A DNA stretch of 64,000 bases, from positions 1 through 64,000 of the forward strand of contig NJBH01000004.1 of the NCBI GenBank assembly GCA_005223125.1, read 5' to 3'. Positions within the stretch are counted from its first letter, which is position 1; the number at the start of each line of letters is the position of its first letter. The notes beneath the pieces are model-generated. The model saw nothing but the letters and a program-made list of their open reading frames with translations, was not told the DNA's origin and ran no database searches. The position numbers were made by a program, and so were the translations under genes. This DNA is from Promethearchaeota archaeon Loki_b32. Lineage in GTDB: Archaea > Asgardarchaeota > Lokiarchaeia > Sigyniarchaeales > SOKP01. Below, one piece after another: positions 49,894 to 61,900 of the stretch.

Positions 49894-50646
49894 ATGAGCT
49901 CATTGAAAATGGAAGAATTGAATTGGGTTGATATTAAACAAGCGATTAATAATGGTTTCAAAACTGTAGTCATCGGAGTAGGATCTACAGAACAGCATGG
50001 ACCGCACTTACCAACTCAGACTGATGCATTAACCGCAGAAGTCATAGCTAATTTAGTTGCTCGAAAGTTAAAGAATGCTTTACAAGCACAAACTATAAGA
50101 GTAGGGTGCTCAGATCACCACTTATCTTTTCCTGGAACAATATCATTAAAAAAATCCACTCTACAGGCGATTATTTATGATTATATTGACAGTCTTCAAA
50201 AACATGGATTTGAAAATATTGTTTTTATCCCAACACATGGAGGAAACTTTAATCCGTTACAAAAAGCTGTTGATAAAGCAAAGAAAAAATACCCAGATAT
50301 AAAAATAGTTGCTTACACTGATTTATTGGGTTATGTAGATACTCAGAATAAAATCGCGTCTGATTTTAAAATTACAGTGGAAGAAGCGGGAGCCCATGCT
50401 GGGGAAGTTGAAACATCCCAAATTCTATCCCTCGCTGAGAATCTTGTCAATAGAGAAAGATTTCAACCAGGATTTCTTGGTGTTCTAGGAGAAGAAGAAA
50501 TTGAAATGCTTTTTGAAAATGGAATGCCTAGTTTAACTGAAATTGGTGTAATTGGAGATCCAACAAAAGCAAGTAAAGAAAAAGGAAAAATCTATATTGA
50601 GAAAATAGCTGTATTTCTGACTAAGGAAATTAAAAAGCAATTATAA
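49894..50646 (+). CDS. Creatininase family amidohydrolase
   Basis: GSTEQHGPHLP..TD, HGGN, HAGEVETS. Confidence 0.92.
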   Translation: MSSLKMEELNWVDIKQAINNGFKTVVIGVGSTEQHGPHLPTQTDALTAEVIANLVARKLKNALQAQTIRVGCSDHHLSFPGTISLKKSTLQAIIYDYIDSLQKHGFENIVFIPTHGGNFNPLQKAVDKAKKKYPDIKIVAYTDLLGYVDTQNKIASDFKITVEEAGAHAGEVETSQILSLAENLVNRERFQPGFLGVLGEEEIEMLFENGMPSLTEIGVIGDPTKASKEKGKIYIEKIAVFLTKEIKKQL

Positions 50647-50742
50647 ATAGTAAATTTCCTTCATTTTGGAGGATCAATAATTAAGAGATAAAAATTATAA
50701 TTAACGTTTTAGCTTTAGGTACATTCAAAATTTTGATTTTTT

Positions 50743-52017
50743 TTATGATAAAATAGGCTCAAAATCTAAGTATAAATTAAATTCTTTTCTATTTTTATCA
50801 AAATTCTGTGTAGAGTTCTTGACGATTGACTCTATTGCATCATCGTTTAGCTTATTTATGAATGAATTATTAATTTTTGTCCAATGCGGCATTCCAACTA
50901 AAAATATATTCCATAAGTGATTCTTTTTTTTCTTAGCTCTTGTTTCAACCTCTCTTGAGAGGAGAGCCCAAAATAAAATTAATTTGTATGATATTCCTGT
51001 ATCTATTTTTAACCCCATTCGTTGAAAACTTCCAAATGCTAAGATCATCAATAAAGCCAAGCTATATTTCATTTGAATTTTATAAGAATGGAACAAGAAC
51101 TTTTTTTTTATTAATGCCCAATTAAGGTTACTGAGGAATTCATTATCTGTTTCCTGGATACTCTGCTTCAGTTTATTAAAATAAAACTCTTTGGTTAAGT
51201 GAGGCTTTGTTTCAACAAACTGGAAAATCCTAAGGGCTCCAGCTATTCTCCATTCTAACCATTCTTGAGAATATTCTTTCGCTTTCGTTAAAGAGGACTC
51301 TTTATCTGACCAAGAACGGAGTATCGTTTTTAGTTTATAATTAATCTCATCATAATACTTTACATAATGATCATAAATTTTAGCATAAGAATAGCCTAGA
51401 ATATCAATATAAGTAAAAATTTCTAACATATCTATGAATTTGTCAATGTAAATTTCATTAGAGAATAATTCGGTAAATTCTGGGTCGTTTAACAGAGAAT
51501 ATACTGCATAATAAGTAGATTCTCCAGTATAAATAGTTGCAAATAATAAATGATATTGTATAACCTTACTAATAAGTAAGTGATCAACGTCAGAAAGCTT
51601 ATAATGTTCAAGCAAATTCATGGTTGAAATTATTTGGTAACTATGATAGGGGTGGTGTTTTTTATCAATGAATCGTCCAATATCGTGATAAATAAGGATT
51701 AATGGAATTATTAATTCATTTTGAGAATTTTGTATCAAAATTTTTTTTCTAATAATATTTAAAGATTCTTGTGAAAGTGTTTCATGAAAAAATACTCCAT
51801 CTTGTATTAAATAGAATATTTTAAATAGTCTAAATATGTGTCTTATAGTTCTTTGAAATTCCTCATTATCTTTATCGCTCGCTTCTTGAAAAATATTCTC
51901 TAAATTTGGAAATATTAATAAAAGAGCATTAAATTCATCAGAAGTAAATAATTCTTCGGAATTATCTATCCACGAAAGATCCACGTTATTAAATAACTTG
52001 TATAACGAATTTTTCAT
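50743..52017 (-). CDS. Hypothetical protein, possible HD-like domain
   Basis: H…LIYHDIG…H…YH…D pattern. Confidence 0.55.
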   Translation of the reverse strand: MKNSLYKLFNNVDLSWIDNSEELFTSDEFNALLLIFPNLENIFQEASDKDNEEFQRTIRHIFRLFKIFYLIQDGVFFHETLSQESLNIIRKKILIQNSQNELIIPLILIYHDIGRFIDKKHHPYHSYQIISTMNLLEHYKLSDVDHLLISKVIQYHLLFATIYTGESTYYAVYSLLNDPEFTELFSNEIYIDKFIDMLEIFTYIDILGYSYAKIYDHYVKYYDEINYKLKTILRSWSDKESSLTKAKEYSQEWLEWRIAGALRIFQFVETKPHLTKEFYFNKLKQSIQETDNEFLSNLNWALIKKKFLFHSYKIQMKYSLALLMILAFGSFQRMGLKIDTGISYKLILFWALLSREVETRAKKKKNHLWNIFLVGMPHWTKINNSFINKLNDDAIESIVKNSTQNFDKNRKEFNLYLDFEPILS

Positions 52018-52020
52018 ATT

Positions 52021-52977
52021 CTATTCAAGTTTTTTTTCTAATAATTGAAAGAATGGCTCTAAATCGATGTTCCCACCACTCAAAATAGCTCCTACTTTTT
52101 TATTATTTACCAAAATTTTCTTAGATAATAGAGCCGCTAATGGAACGGCACCTGAAGGTTCAACAATAATTTTCATACGTCTCCATAGAAATCTCATTGC
52201 TTCAATTATATCAATTTCAGACACGGTTACTATTTGGTCTACGTATTTCTGAATGAACTTAAATGTTTTTTCAGAAATAGACGTACGTAATCCATCAGCA
52301 ATGGTATTTGGATAAGTACTTGGTATTATATATCCTGCTTTAAGCGACCTAAGACCATCATCAGCTATTGAGGGCTCAACTCCAATCACTTGAGCATTTG
52401 GACATAGACCTTTAGAGGCAATAGCAGTTCCACTTAATAGACCTCCCCCTCCTAATGGGGCAATAACTAAATCAAGATCACCTACTTCTTTAATTAGTTC
52501 AAAGGCTGCAGTACCTTGCCCATTTATTATATTATCATTATCATAGGGGTGGATTAGAATTGAATTGTTTCTTTCAATTATCTCCTCAGTAGTTTGAGCT
52601 CTAGATTCTAGATTATTATCACAAAATACAATCTCAGCACCATAACCTTTTGTCGCATTGATTTTATTTACTGGGGCTCCTTTCGGCATAACTATTGTTG
52701 CTTTAATTCCTAATAATGACGCTGCTAGTGCAATAGCTTGGGCATGATTACCACTCGAGTGTGTAATAACTCCTTGTTTTTTTTGTTTTTCTGTAAGTAA
52801 ACTCAACGTGTTGTAAGCTCCTCGAAATTTAAAAGCTCCAACTCTTTGAAAATTTTCACATTTTAAATAATTTTTAGAACCCGTAATGCTATTGAGGGTT
52901 CGTGAAGTCATAACCGGTGTTTTATTAACAACCTCTATATTTCTATTATATGCATCCTGTATACCTTCAAAAGACAA
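52021..52977 (-). CDS. Serine/threonine dehydratase (serine racemase-like), PLP
   Basis: KCENFQRVGAFKFRGA, SSGNHAQ, GGGGLLSG, SGGN. Confidence 0.92.
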   Translation of the reverse strand: MSFEGIQDAYNRNIEVVNKTPVMTSRTLNSITGSKNYLKCENFQRVGAFKFRGAYNTLSLLTEKQKKQGVITHSSGNHAQAIALAASLLGIKATIVMPKGAPVNKINATKGYGAEIVFCDNNLESRAQTTEEIIERNNSILIHPYDNDNIINGQGTAAFELIKEVGDLDLVIAPLGGGGLLSGTAIASKGLCPNAQVIGVEPSIADDGLRSLKAGYIIPSTYPNTIADGLRTSISEKTFKFIQKYVDQIVTVSEIDIIEAMRFLWRRMKIIVEPSGAVPLAALLSKKILVNNKKVGAILSGGNIDLEPFFQLLEKKLE

Positions 52978-53053
52978 ATTTAATACCTATTTTTTCTATT
53001 TTAATAGTTTTTAAAATTATAATTATAAAAAAGAATAGTTCAAGGTAAAAATA

Positions 53054-54037
53054 TTATTTAATCTCAACTAAGATTTTAACAAAATTCCTGCCAGTAGGAT
53101 CTAAAAATCTTTCAAATGTTTTTTGCATGTCTTCTAAGTTAATTACTTCAGAAATGAATTCATCAGCATCGACCATACCTTTAGCAAATAAATCAATTGC
53201 GGCTAGAATATCATCTCGATCATGACCTAAACATCCTTTCAAAGTGACTTCTTTAGAATTTAACATAAATAAAGGAAAGGTTATACTTCCTTTATGAATT
53301 CCTTCTAGTAAAAGGGTTCCACCTTTTTTGATAAAGTTAACCGCATTGGAAATTGTTTCTTCATTTCCTACACAATCGAAAATAAATGTAGGGGCTCCAA
53401 GTTTTTTTATGACCCTTTTTACTTTAGCTCTGCTTGTACCAACAGCATCAGTGGCTCCCAATTCTATAGCTTTTTTCCTTAAAAATTCATTAGGTTCAAC
53501 AACAACTACATAGTTTGGATCTTTTTCGATTAATAATGCTTTGAGAGCGGCTAGTCCAACGTTTCCTCCACCGATAATCAGTATGTTTTCTCCTTTCTCA
53601 ATCTTCGAAAGTTTAAAAGCTCTCATCATTAATGCAAATGTTTCTACCATCACGGCATCTTTAATTGGAACATTTTCTGGTATTGGAAATAGAGAGATCT
53701 TTGGGACTATAACATATTCAGCAAATCCTCCATCTTGAAACATCCCCATTCCTTTTAATTCGCCTTGGCTAACATCAAGTGACACGTTCACACAAATAAC
53801 TCTATCTCCCACATTCACATTAGAAATATTTTCTCCAATTTCCTTTACAATACCCGTTATTTCATGCCCCATTATCAATGGAAAATTATACATCTTCAAG
53901 CGAAAGTTAGTTATATCACTTCCACATATTCCACAATAATGAACTTTAACCAAAGCTTCATCTGGACAGGGAATTGGTTTAGGACAATCTTCTTTATATA
54001 CTATTTTTTGTATATCTTCAATAACAGCAGCTCTAAT
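53054..54037 (-). CDS. Zn-dependent alcohol dehydrogenase (MDR); probable ATT start at 54037
   Basis: Frame extends upstream as IRAAVIED…PDEALVKV; CGICGSD, GHE, GGGNVG; AGGAG RBS. Confidence 0.88.
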   Translation of the reverse strand: MRAAVIEDIQKIVYKEDCPKPIPCPDEALVKVHYCGICGSDITNFRLKMYNFPLIMGHEITGIVKEIGENISNVNVGDRVICVNVSLDVSQGELKGMGMFQDGGFAEYVIVPKISLFPIPENVPIKDAVMVETFALMMRAFKLSKIEKGENILIIGGGNVGLAALKALLIEKDPNYVVVVEPNEFLRKKAIELGATDAVGTSRAKVKRVIKKLGAPTFIFDCVGNEETISNAVNFIKKGGTLLLEGIHKGSITFPLFMLNSKEVTLKGCLGHDRDDILAAIDLFAKGMVDADEFISEVINLEDMQKTFERFLDPTGRNFVKILVEIK

Positions 54038-54134
54038 AGAATAATCATCTCCTAATCATTCTTATTTTATATCTTTTATTTAAGAATAATATTATAATTT
54101 TTGTAAAATTTAGAATAAAATGAAAAAAAAAGAT

Positions 54135-54884
54135 TTAAATTCCTAATAACGAACTCATACTCTTGGTTATGCTCTCAATTTCATTATCAAATACTTTAAC
54201 TTGATCGAAAAAGATATTGTTAACTTGCAGTAATTGTTTTACAACATATTCAGGTGATTGAGAGATTTGTTTTGCCAGGTTAATTGCCTCGTTTAATACC
54301 TCTCCCTTCTCAACTAATCTATTAATAATATTTAGACGATGTGCTTCTTCAGCAGAGATGAAAGTTTCTCGAGTTCCTGTATTTAAAGTTAATTCTAAAG
54401 CTTTTCCACGCCCAACAAGAGTCATATAAGGAAAAAAAAGTGGACAAGCACCAAATCTTATCTCAGGATGGCCAAAAAGGGACCCTTTTGAAGCAACCCG
54501 AAGATGACAAATAACAGCGAGGTCAAAAGCTCCTGCTAAAGCATAGCCGTTCACAGCAGCTATTAGTAATTTAGGAAACTCAAATATTGTTTGATGAAAT
54601 AGATGATTAGATTCAATAAAATGCTGATAATCCCCCTTTCCTTGAACTATTGCTTGTACCTCATCTCTATCAAACCCAGCAGAAAACAATTCTTCCCCTC
54701 CATAAAAAATCACAGCTTTTATCCTTTTTTCTTCTTTAAGAGTATTTAATGCATCAATAATTTCAGCTCTCATTGCTTCACTTAATGCGTTTTTCTTTTC
54801 TGGACGAGTAAATTTAATAATAGCAATTTTACCTTTTTTTTCAATACTAATAAACTGATAATTATTATCTTCCATTTTTTCCAA
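54135..54884 (-). CDS. Enoyl-CoA hydratase/isomerase
   Basis: RPEKKNAL, FSAGFD, AAVNGYALAG, PEIRFG. Confidence 0.9.
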   Translation of the reverse strand: MEKMEDNNYQFISIEKKGKIAIIKFTRPEKKNALSEAMRAEIIDALNTLKEEKRIKAVIFYGGEELFSAGFDRDEVQAIVQGKGDYQHFIESNHLFHQTIFEFPKLLIAAVNGYALAGAFDLAVICHLRVASKGSLFGHPEIRFGACPLFFPYMTLVGRGKALELTLNTGTRETFISAEEAHRLNIINRLVEKGEVLNEAINLAKQISQSPEYVVKQLLQVNNIFFDQVKVFDNEIESITKSMSSLLGI

Positions 54885-54988
54885 CTTAATTAAAATTTAT
54901 AAAAATTAAGTAATAATTAGATTAAGATATTTAAATTTCTTTTAATTATAAAAAAAAATTCTCTAAAAAAGTAAAAGGAACGAAGAAA

Positions 54989-55615
54989 ATGTTTTCTATA
55001 TGTACCGCATATATTGAAAATGGAAAACTAGATGAAACGTTAAAAGCTTACTCTGAATCAGAAGAAAAATTTACAAAAGAGATTGGTGTTCTCTTTCGAA
55101 AATTCTTTCAATGTAAGATACAACCTCACATTATTTGGTCGATTACCGAATGGGAATCTGAGAAGCATCATAATGATGCGGCTCAGTCAATAATGAAAAT
55201 CAGAAGAGATGATCGCTTTGCTTCTATAGGCTTTGGCCCAGAACCTTATTTTGAAATTTTTTGTAATGAGGATGAGGGATTAAAAGTTGGCAACTTTTTA
55301 GAAAGTTATGAATATATTATTTTAATTCATGGGTTAATTAGTGATAAAGTAAAAGATTCATATGTAAAACTAAGGAAAGAACGAATTGAAGAGTATAAAG
55401 AAAAGCTTCAATGGCTTAGTGTTTTTTATAACACATACAACTCAGATGAGTTTATTATAATTCTTGGATTTAATAATGAGGATTATTTTAGTAAAATTAG
55501 AAAAATAAATGATCTCTATTTAGAAGAATACTTATTTACTGGATTAAGAAACACTCTCGGAATGTCTTTTCTGGCTAATTATAATCAATTTATATGTAGA
55601 CCTATTAAATTTTAA
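54989..55615 (+). CDS. Hypothetical protein, possible tandem ABM/Dabb-like
   Basis: ITEWESEKHH pattern; two similar halves. Confidence 0.5.
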   Translation: MFSICTAYIENGKLDETLKAYSESEEKFTKEIGVLFRKFFQCKIQPHIIWSITEWESEKHHNDAAQSIMKIRRDDRFASIGFGPEPYFEIFCNEDEGLKVGNFLESYEYIILIHGLISDKVKDSYVKLRKERIEEYKEKLQWLSVFYNTYNSDEFIIILGFNNEDYFSKIRKINDLYLEEYLFTGLRNTLGMSFLANYNQFICRPIKF

Positions 55616-55959
55616 ATTGAAATTATGAGACATCCAACATTTTTTAATTTCTAGGGAAACCTAATTATATAGTTTGGATAAAGTGTTCCTAATTAATTAG
55701 AGAACTTCTTTTTTAAAAAACTCTTAATAATTAAAAGAAAAAGTAATAAAAGAAATTTAATTCAATCACATTTTATAAATAAGGAGGGAAGATTAAACTT
55801 GTTGTTTAAACAAGGGCGAAATCCAATGAGTGATTAATTATGATTCCTTTAGATTAGATTAGTTAAACTAATTTATATATCTAAATGCAATTTTTGCATT
55901 TTATTTTATATAAGTTGAAGGTTTTAATATTTTAGACTTTATCATTCAAATAGGAGAAA

Positions 55960-56766
55960 ATGAATTTAGATCATAAGCAAGTCATCAGATATTCGCGTCA
56001 AATTGTGCTAAAGGAAATTGGAGGAATAGGCCAAAAAAAATTATTAAATTCAAAAATAACATTGGTCGGATTAGGTGCTCTAGGATCTCCGGTTGCATAT
56101 TATTTAGTTGCTGCTGGAATTGGTAATCTAAAAATAATTGATTATGATTCGGTTGAGTTATCGAATATACACAGACAGATTCTCCATTTCACAAAAGATA
56201 TTAACCGAAAGAAAACAGAAAGTGCTATCGAAAAACTTAATCTAGTAAATCCCGATTGTAAAATCGAGGTAATTCCTGAGAAAATTACACCCGAAAATGT
56301 TAAAGATATTCTTAAAAGCTCAGATTTTGTTATAGAAGGTTCTGATAATTTTCCGACTAAAATGTTAATTAATGATGCCTGTGTTTATTTAGAGATCCCA
56401 TTTACAATAGCAGGCGTACTAAGATTTCATGGTCAGATAATGACTATAGTTCCAGAGAAAAAAACTGCTTGTTATAGATGTCTTTTTGGTGATATTACTG
56501 ATGCCCCTACTGGAATGTCATGTTCTGAAGCAGGAGTTATAGGATTAATACCAGGAATTCTTGGATGTATGGAAGCTAATGAAGCTATAAAATGCATTTT
56601 AAATATAGGGGATCTAATAACTAATAAGATTATGTATATAGACCTTTTACGTAATGCCTTTAATTTTATCGACTTGCATAGAGATACAAACTGTTTAGCT
56701 TGCGGTGAAAACTCTATCGATTTGATAGAAAATTATGATTATAGAATTGAGAATGCATGTCAATAG
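55960..56766 (+). CDS. MoeB/ThiF/UbaA E1-like adenylyltransferase
   Basis: RYSRQI, GLGALG, ELSNIHRQ, CYRC, CSEAGV, CLAC. Confidence 0.92.
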   Translation: MNLDHKQVIRYSRQIVLKEIGGIGQKKLLNSKITLVGLGALGSPVAYYLVAAGIGNLKIIDYDSVELSNIHRQILHFTKDINRKKTESAIEKLNLVNPDCKIEVIPEKITPENVKDILKSSDFVIEGSDNFPTKMLINDACVYLEIPFTIAGVLRFHGQIMTIVPEKKTACYRCLFGDITDAPTGMSCSEAGVIGLIPGILGCMEANEAIKCILNIGDLITNKIMYIDLLRNAFNFIDLHRDTNCLACGENSIDLIENYDYRIENACQ

Positions 56767-57026
56767 AAAATTTACTCCATTATAAGAATATGGTAATAAG
56801 AAAAATAGATATTAAAGGTCAACTATGTCCATTGACATTTGTATATACAAAACTTGCCCTTGAAGAATTAAATAAAGATGATTTGTTAGAAGTTGAATTG
56901 GATTTTCTTCCTGCAATTAAGAATATTCCTGAAAATTGTAAACGCCAAGGCTTAGCAGAGTTAGTAGAAGTAAGAGAATTAAACAAAAATAGAGATATTT
57001 ATGAACTTGTATTAAAAAAACTTTAG
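56757..57026 (+). CDS. TusA/SirA sulfur carrier
   Basis: IDIKGQLCPL motif. Confidence 0.85.
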   Translation: MSIENLLHYKNMVIRKIDIKGQLCPLTFVYTKLALEELNKDDLLEVELDFLPAIKNIPENCKRQGLAELVEVRELNKNRDIYELVLKKL

Positions 57027-57058
57027 TTTCTTAGATTCATTTTCAAAAAAAAGTAGAA

Positions 57059-57346
57059 TTACCCTCCAGCAATAGCTGGTAGAAAAGAAATTTCATCACC
57101 ATCTTTAATTATGGAGTCCAATCCATCAAATCTACGAATATCCTTTCCATTAATTCCAAGAATAATATACTTGTTTAAAGTACCCATTGAACTAAATATA
57201 TTTTCCTCAAAATTTCTTCCTATCATTGAACTTAATAATACTAATATCTCTCTAATTGTTAAAGGACTGTCAAAAGATAAAGAAATTTCTTCTTTACCCA
57301 CAATATCCGCTAATAAAGATAAGAAAGAAGTTTTTATATTTATCAC
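57059..57346 (-). CDS. MoaD/ThiS/SAMP ubiquitin-like protein
   Basis: DGDEISFLPAIAGG C-terminus. Confidence 0.9.
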   Translation of the reverse strand: MINIKTSFLSLLADIVGKEEISLSFDSPLTIREILVLLSSMIGRNFEENIFSSMGTLNKYIILGINGKDIRRFDGLDSIIKDGDEISFLPAIAGG

Positions 57347-57482
57347 ATTAAAATCCTTTAAAATTTAAATTTCAATTTGATTAGTATATTATTAAATTCA
57401 AAAAAAATATGGCATTTATCTATTTGGATTATAAAATTAAATAATTACTCTATTTTTTGCTTATATTAAAATACTCAATCAA

Positions 57483-58424
57483 GTGATTCTTATTAAAAAA
57501 GATAAATTAAACATCGGGCATCTTTCAACTGCTTATCATACTAATTACGTATTGATGGAATCCGAAGAGTTAACATCAGATTTAAATATCGATATAAATT
57601 GGATTCTGTTCGGAACAGGACCAGCTATGGTTAAAGCATTTAAAGAAGAAAAATTGGAAATAGGATATATGGGTTTACCCCCTGCAATTATAGGAATTGA
57701 TCAAGGGGTTCCAATCAAATGTGTAGCAGGAGGACATGTTGAGGGAACTATTTTGACTGCTAAAAAAGAATATAAAACACAGAAACAATTAGATAATAAT
57801 TTAAAAAAAGTCTTTTCTCAATTTATAGGAAAAGCTATAGGGGTTCCGAGTAAGGGATCTATTCATGATGTTATACTAAATTATTATTTAGAAAAATACA
57901 ATTTATTAGATGAGATTAATGTCAAAAATTATGGACAAGCAGAATTTATTGCTAAGGAAATGAGAGAGGGTATTTTAGAAGCAGGAGTTGGAACTCCAGC
58001 TTTAGCGGTTTTTGCATCAACAATTTTAGAGTCTTATTTAATTATTGAAGCTAAAGATCTATGGTCAGATAATCCTAGCTATGGTATATTTGCCCATAAC
58101 AAACTTGTTCAAACTGAACCTGAATTAGTTCTAAAATTTTTATATCATCATAAATATGCTTCTAGTCTACTTCGTGACTCTCCATTACTAGCCGCTGAGA
58201 AGATCGCTAAAATATTTGATATAATTGATAAAAATTATGCTGAGGCGGTTTTAAAAATATCCCCAAAATACTGTATCTCTCTCTCAGAGGGCTATGTAAA
58301 AGCTACAATGAAATTTGTAAATGTTCTTCATAAATTAGGATATACTAAACAAAAACTTAAATCAAAAGATATTTTTGACTTCCGATTTGTTAATAAAGTA
58401 CATCCAGAAATGGCACACTATTAA
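57483..58424 (+). CDS. ABC substrate-binding protein (SsuA/NMT1-like), no obvious signal peptide
   Basis: FGTGPAM, GYMGLPP, GSIHDV. Confidence 0.75.
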   Translation: MILIKKDKLNIGHLSTAYHTNYVLMESEELTSDLNIDINWILFGTGPAMVKAFKEEKLEIGYMGLPPAIIGIDQGVPIKCVAGGHVEGTILTAKKEYKTQKQLDNNLKKVFSQFIGKAIGVPSKGSIHDVILNYYLEKYNLLDEINVKNYGQAEFIAKEMREGILEAGVGTPALAVFASTILESYLIIEAKDLWSDNPSYGIFAHNKLVQTEPELVLKFLYHHKYASSLLRDSPLLAAEKIAKIFDIIDKNYAEAVLKISPKYCISLSEGYVKATMKFVNVLHKLGYTKQKLKSKDIFDFRFVNKVHPEMAHY

Positions 58425-58503
58425 CATAATAGCTTAATCAACTAACAAAGATACAGCAAGGAATTGCGATAAAACGCTCATATTAAATGAAACATTAAAG
58501 ATT

Positions 58504-58947
58504 TTAATGTTTGAGTGGCCCTAATTCTTTAATTTCGTTAGTAAATTCTGTTATTACCTCAGCAAACCTCTTCCCTTCAGAAGCACTCACCCATTCTAAG
58601 CGTACTCGTTTAGGATCTACACCTAATTGTTTAATTAAAATTCTATGTAACCTTTCGAATCTTTCTTGTGTATATTCATTTCCAGTAATATAATGACAAT
58701 CACCTATATGACAGCCACTAACAAGGACTCCATCGGCACCATTCTTTAGAGCTTTTAAAACAAATGAAGGATCTACTCGCCCAGAACACATTACCCTTAT
58801 AATTCTGATATTAGGAGGATATTGAAACCGCGAAACTCCTGCTAGATCTGCTCCAGCATAACTGCACCAATTACAACAAAATACTAAAATGTTGGGTTCA
58901 AATCCCTCTTTTTTTGCTTTCTTTTTTGACTTTGACATGATTATCAC
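58504..58947 (-). CDS. mvhD: MvhD/FlpD [2Fe-2S] subunit
   Basis: [37 protein letters not shown]. Confidence 0.93.
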   Translation of the reverse strand: MIIMSKSKKKAKKEGFEPNILVFCCNWCSYAGADLAGVSRFQYPPNIRIIRVMCSGRVDPSFVLKALKNGADGVLVSGCHIGDCHYITGNEYTQERFERLHRILIKQLGVDPKRVRLEWVSASEGKRFAEVITEFTNEIKELGPLKH

Positions 58948-58954
58948 CTAAGAG

Positions 58955-61900
58955 CTAATTCTTAACTTCCTCCTTTTCTAATAGGTAGGAATCAATCATT
59001 GTAGAAATTTGATCAAAATCATAATGTTTTACCATTATAGCTCCAACGGGGCATGTTGCAGCACACGTTCCACAGCCTTTACATACAGCAGCGTTGATAT
59101 TAGATTTTTTGACTTTAATACTTATATCCTCAAATTCTTTTATTATTTCTATGAGATCTATTGCTTTATAAGGACACACATCTTCACATTTACCACATCC
59201 AATGCATTTTGCTTCTGAAACCTCCGCTACTAATCCAGATGTAGTAATTTTATCTGCGCTTAGAAATCTACTTGCTCTACCAGCAGCACCGTTAGCTTGT
59301 GAAATTGAATCTTGAATATTCTTTGGCCATTGAGCACATCCGCATAAGAAAATTCCATCTGTAGCAAAATCTAAAGGTCTTAATTTAACATGTGCTTCTA
59401 AGAAGAAACCATTTTTATCTAATGGAACTTTGAGCATCATTGCTAATTCTTTTAAGTTATCTGCTGGAATCATAGGCGTGGAAAGTATTACTAGATCCGT
59501 CTCAAATTCAACATTATCTTTTAAATTAGTATCAAATACTTTTATCTGATATTTTTCAAGACTAACTTTTTTCTTTTTTACTTCTGGTAAAATTTCTAAA
59601 TCATATCTTAGAAAAATTGCGTCTTTTCTGCGTTCACGATAATATTCTTCGAATTCTTTTTTAGCCATTTGTAAATCTCTGTAAATTACTACAATTTCTA
59701 ATTCAGGCTTCAATTCTTTTAATACTCTAACATTTTTTATTGAATTCGCGCAACATATATTGGAGCAGTAAGTTATTCCTTCATTTTGTCTAGCATTTAC
59801 ACATAAAATTAATGTTATTCGATTAATCTGATCTAGCCAAGATTTATCCTTATTTTGCAATTTCTGTTCTAACTCCAATTGAGTAATTACATTCTTATTT
59901 TTATCATCATACTCAAAAAGACCTGATGGCTTAAATTCTTGGCCTCCAGTAGCAACTATTATTGTTCCAATTTTTACATCATGGATTTTGTTATTTGAAT
60001 CCTTTATCTCTACATCATAATTTCCAACATAACCTTTAGTATTTTTAATTTCACCATTTAGGAATACTTGAATATTGTTGTTTTTGTCTATTTTCTCTTT
60101 TAATTCACTTAATAATTCTAAGGCATTCTTATGAACTGGATACAAAACATTTAGAAATTTTAGGTTTCCACCTAACTCGCTTTCTTTTTCTACAATAAAA
60201 GTTTTAAATCCTTGATTAGCAATATTTAGCGCTGCGGTCATACCAGAAACGCCCCCACCAATAATTAATGCTGTATGTGTAATGTCAACTTTATCTTCCT
60301 TTTGTGGTTTTAATAATTTTGATTTAGCAACATGCATCCTAATTAAATCTATAGCTTTTTCTGTAGCTGCTTCTTTTTCTGCCATGTGAACCCAGGAACA
60401 TTGATCTCGAATATTTACAAGCTCAAAAAGATATTTATTCAGACCTCCTTCTTGACATGTTTCTTGAAATAATGATTCATGTGTTCTAGGTGTACAAGAT
60501 GCTACGATAAATCTATTTAAATCATATTCAGCAATTAATTCCTTAATTCTGATTTGAGAGTCAGATGAACATGAATATAAATTTGCTTCACAAACCACTA
60601 CATTTGGGAGGTTTTTAACATATTCTACAACTCCAGGGACATCTACATAGTTTCCTATATTAATTCCACAATGACAAACCATTACACCTATTCTTGGTTC
60701 ATCTGTAATTTTAATTTCTTTTTCCGGTACATCAAATACTTTCTCTTTCATTTGAGTATATTTGACGGAGTTTAATAAATCAGCAATTAGTGCTGCTACT
60801 CCACTAGCGTCTGCAACCGTCTCTGGGATATCCATTGGTCCTTGACAAAATCCACATAAGAAAACTCCATTTCTAGAAGACTTAAATTTATCAAAATACG
60901 ATTTTTCTTGGAAAAAATTATACTTATCTAACTCAATTCCTAAAGAGTTTCCTAATTCCTTTACTCCTTTTGACGGAACTAAGGGTGATGCTAAAACAAC
61001 CAAATTAGCACGAAAATCTTTAAATTCACCCGTCTTTAAATCTTCATAATGTATAAGTAAATCTTTAGTTTCGGGATCTTCTTTAATTGTACTTATTTTT
61101 GATTGAAAATATTTTACTCCATATTCTTGTTGCGCTCTTTGTGTGAATTCATAGAAATTTTTACCATACGCACGAATATCATGCCGAAAAACATAACATT
61201 CTGAATTATCCGAATGTTCTTGGGTTATTATTGCTTGTTTTGCCGTATAAGTGCAACAAACGCTGGAACAAAAAGGTACATTTTCATGAAAATCTCTTGA
61301 ACCTGCACATTGAACAAAAGCGATAACCTCAGGTTCTTTAGCATCGCTTAATCTCATGACATGCCCATCAAATGGTCCAGATGCACATAATATCCTTTCA
61401 TATTCAAGAGCACTTACAACATTTTCGTATCTATAACCCCATCTTGAAGATAAGTTTTCAGCAGGCATCTCAAAACCAGTTGCAACCACAACTGCTCCAA
61501 CTTTAATGTCAAATTCTTCAGGTTTCTGTTCAAAATCTATTGCATCAGCAGTACAAACTTTTTTACATACTTGACATACTCCCTTCTTTAAATATAAGCA
61601 CAATTCTGGATCAATTAAGTAGATAGGAGGTACTGCTTGAGGAAAAGGAATATAAACTGATTTTCTTTTACCAATATTCATTTCAAAGGGATTTGGTACC
61701 AATATTTTAGGGCATTTATTAGCACAATCTCCACATCCTTTACATTTTGTTTCATCAACATATCGAGGTTTCTTTAGAATTTTAGCAGTAAAATTACCAG
61801 GTTCACCATCAACTTGAAGAACTTCATGATAAGTCATTAATTCAATATTAGGATTCCGAAAGACTTCAACCATTTTAGGAGCTAAGATACATAAAGAACA

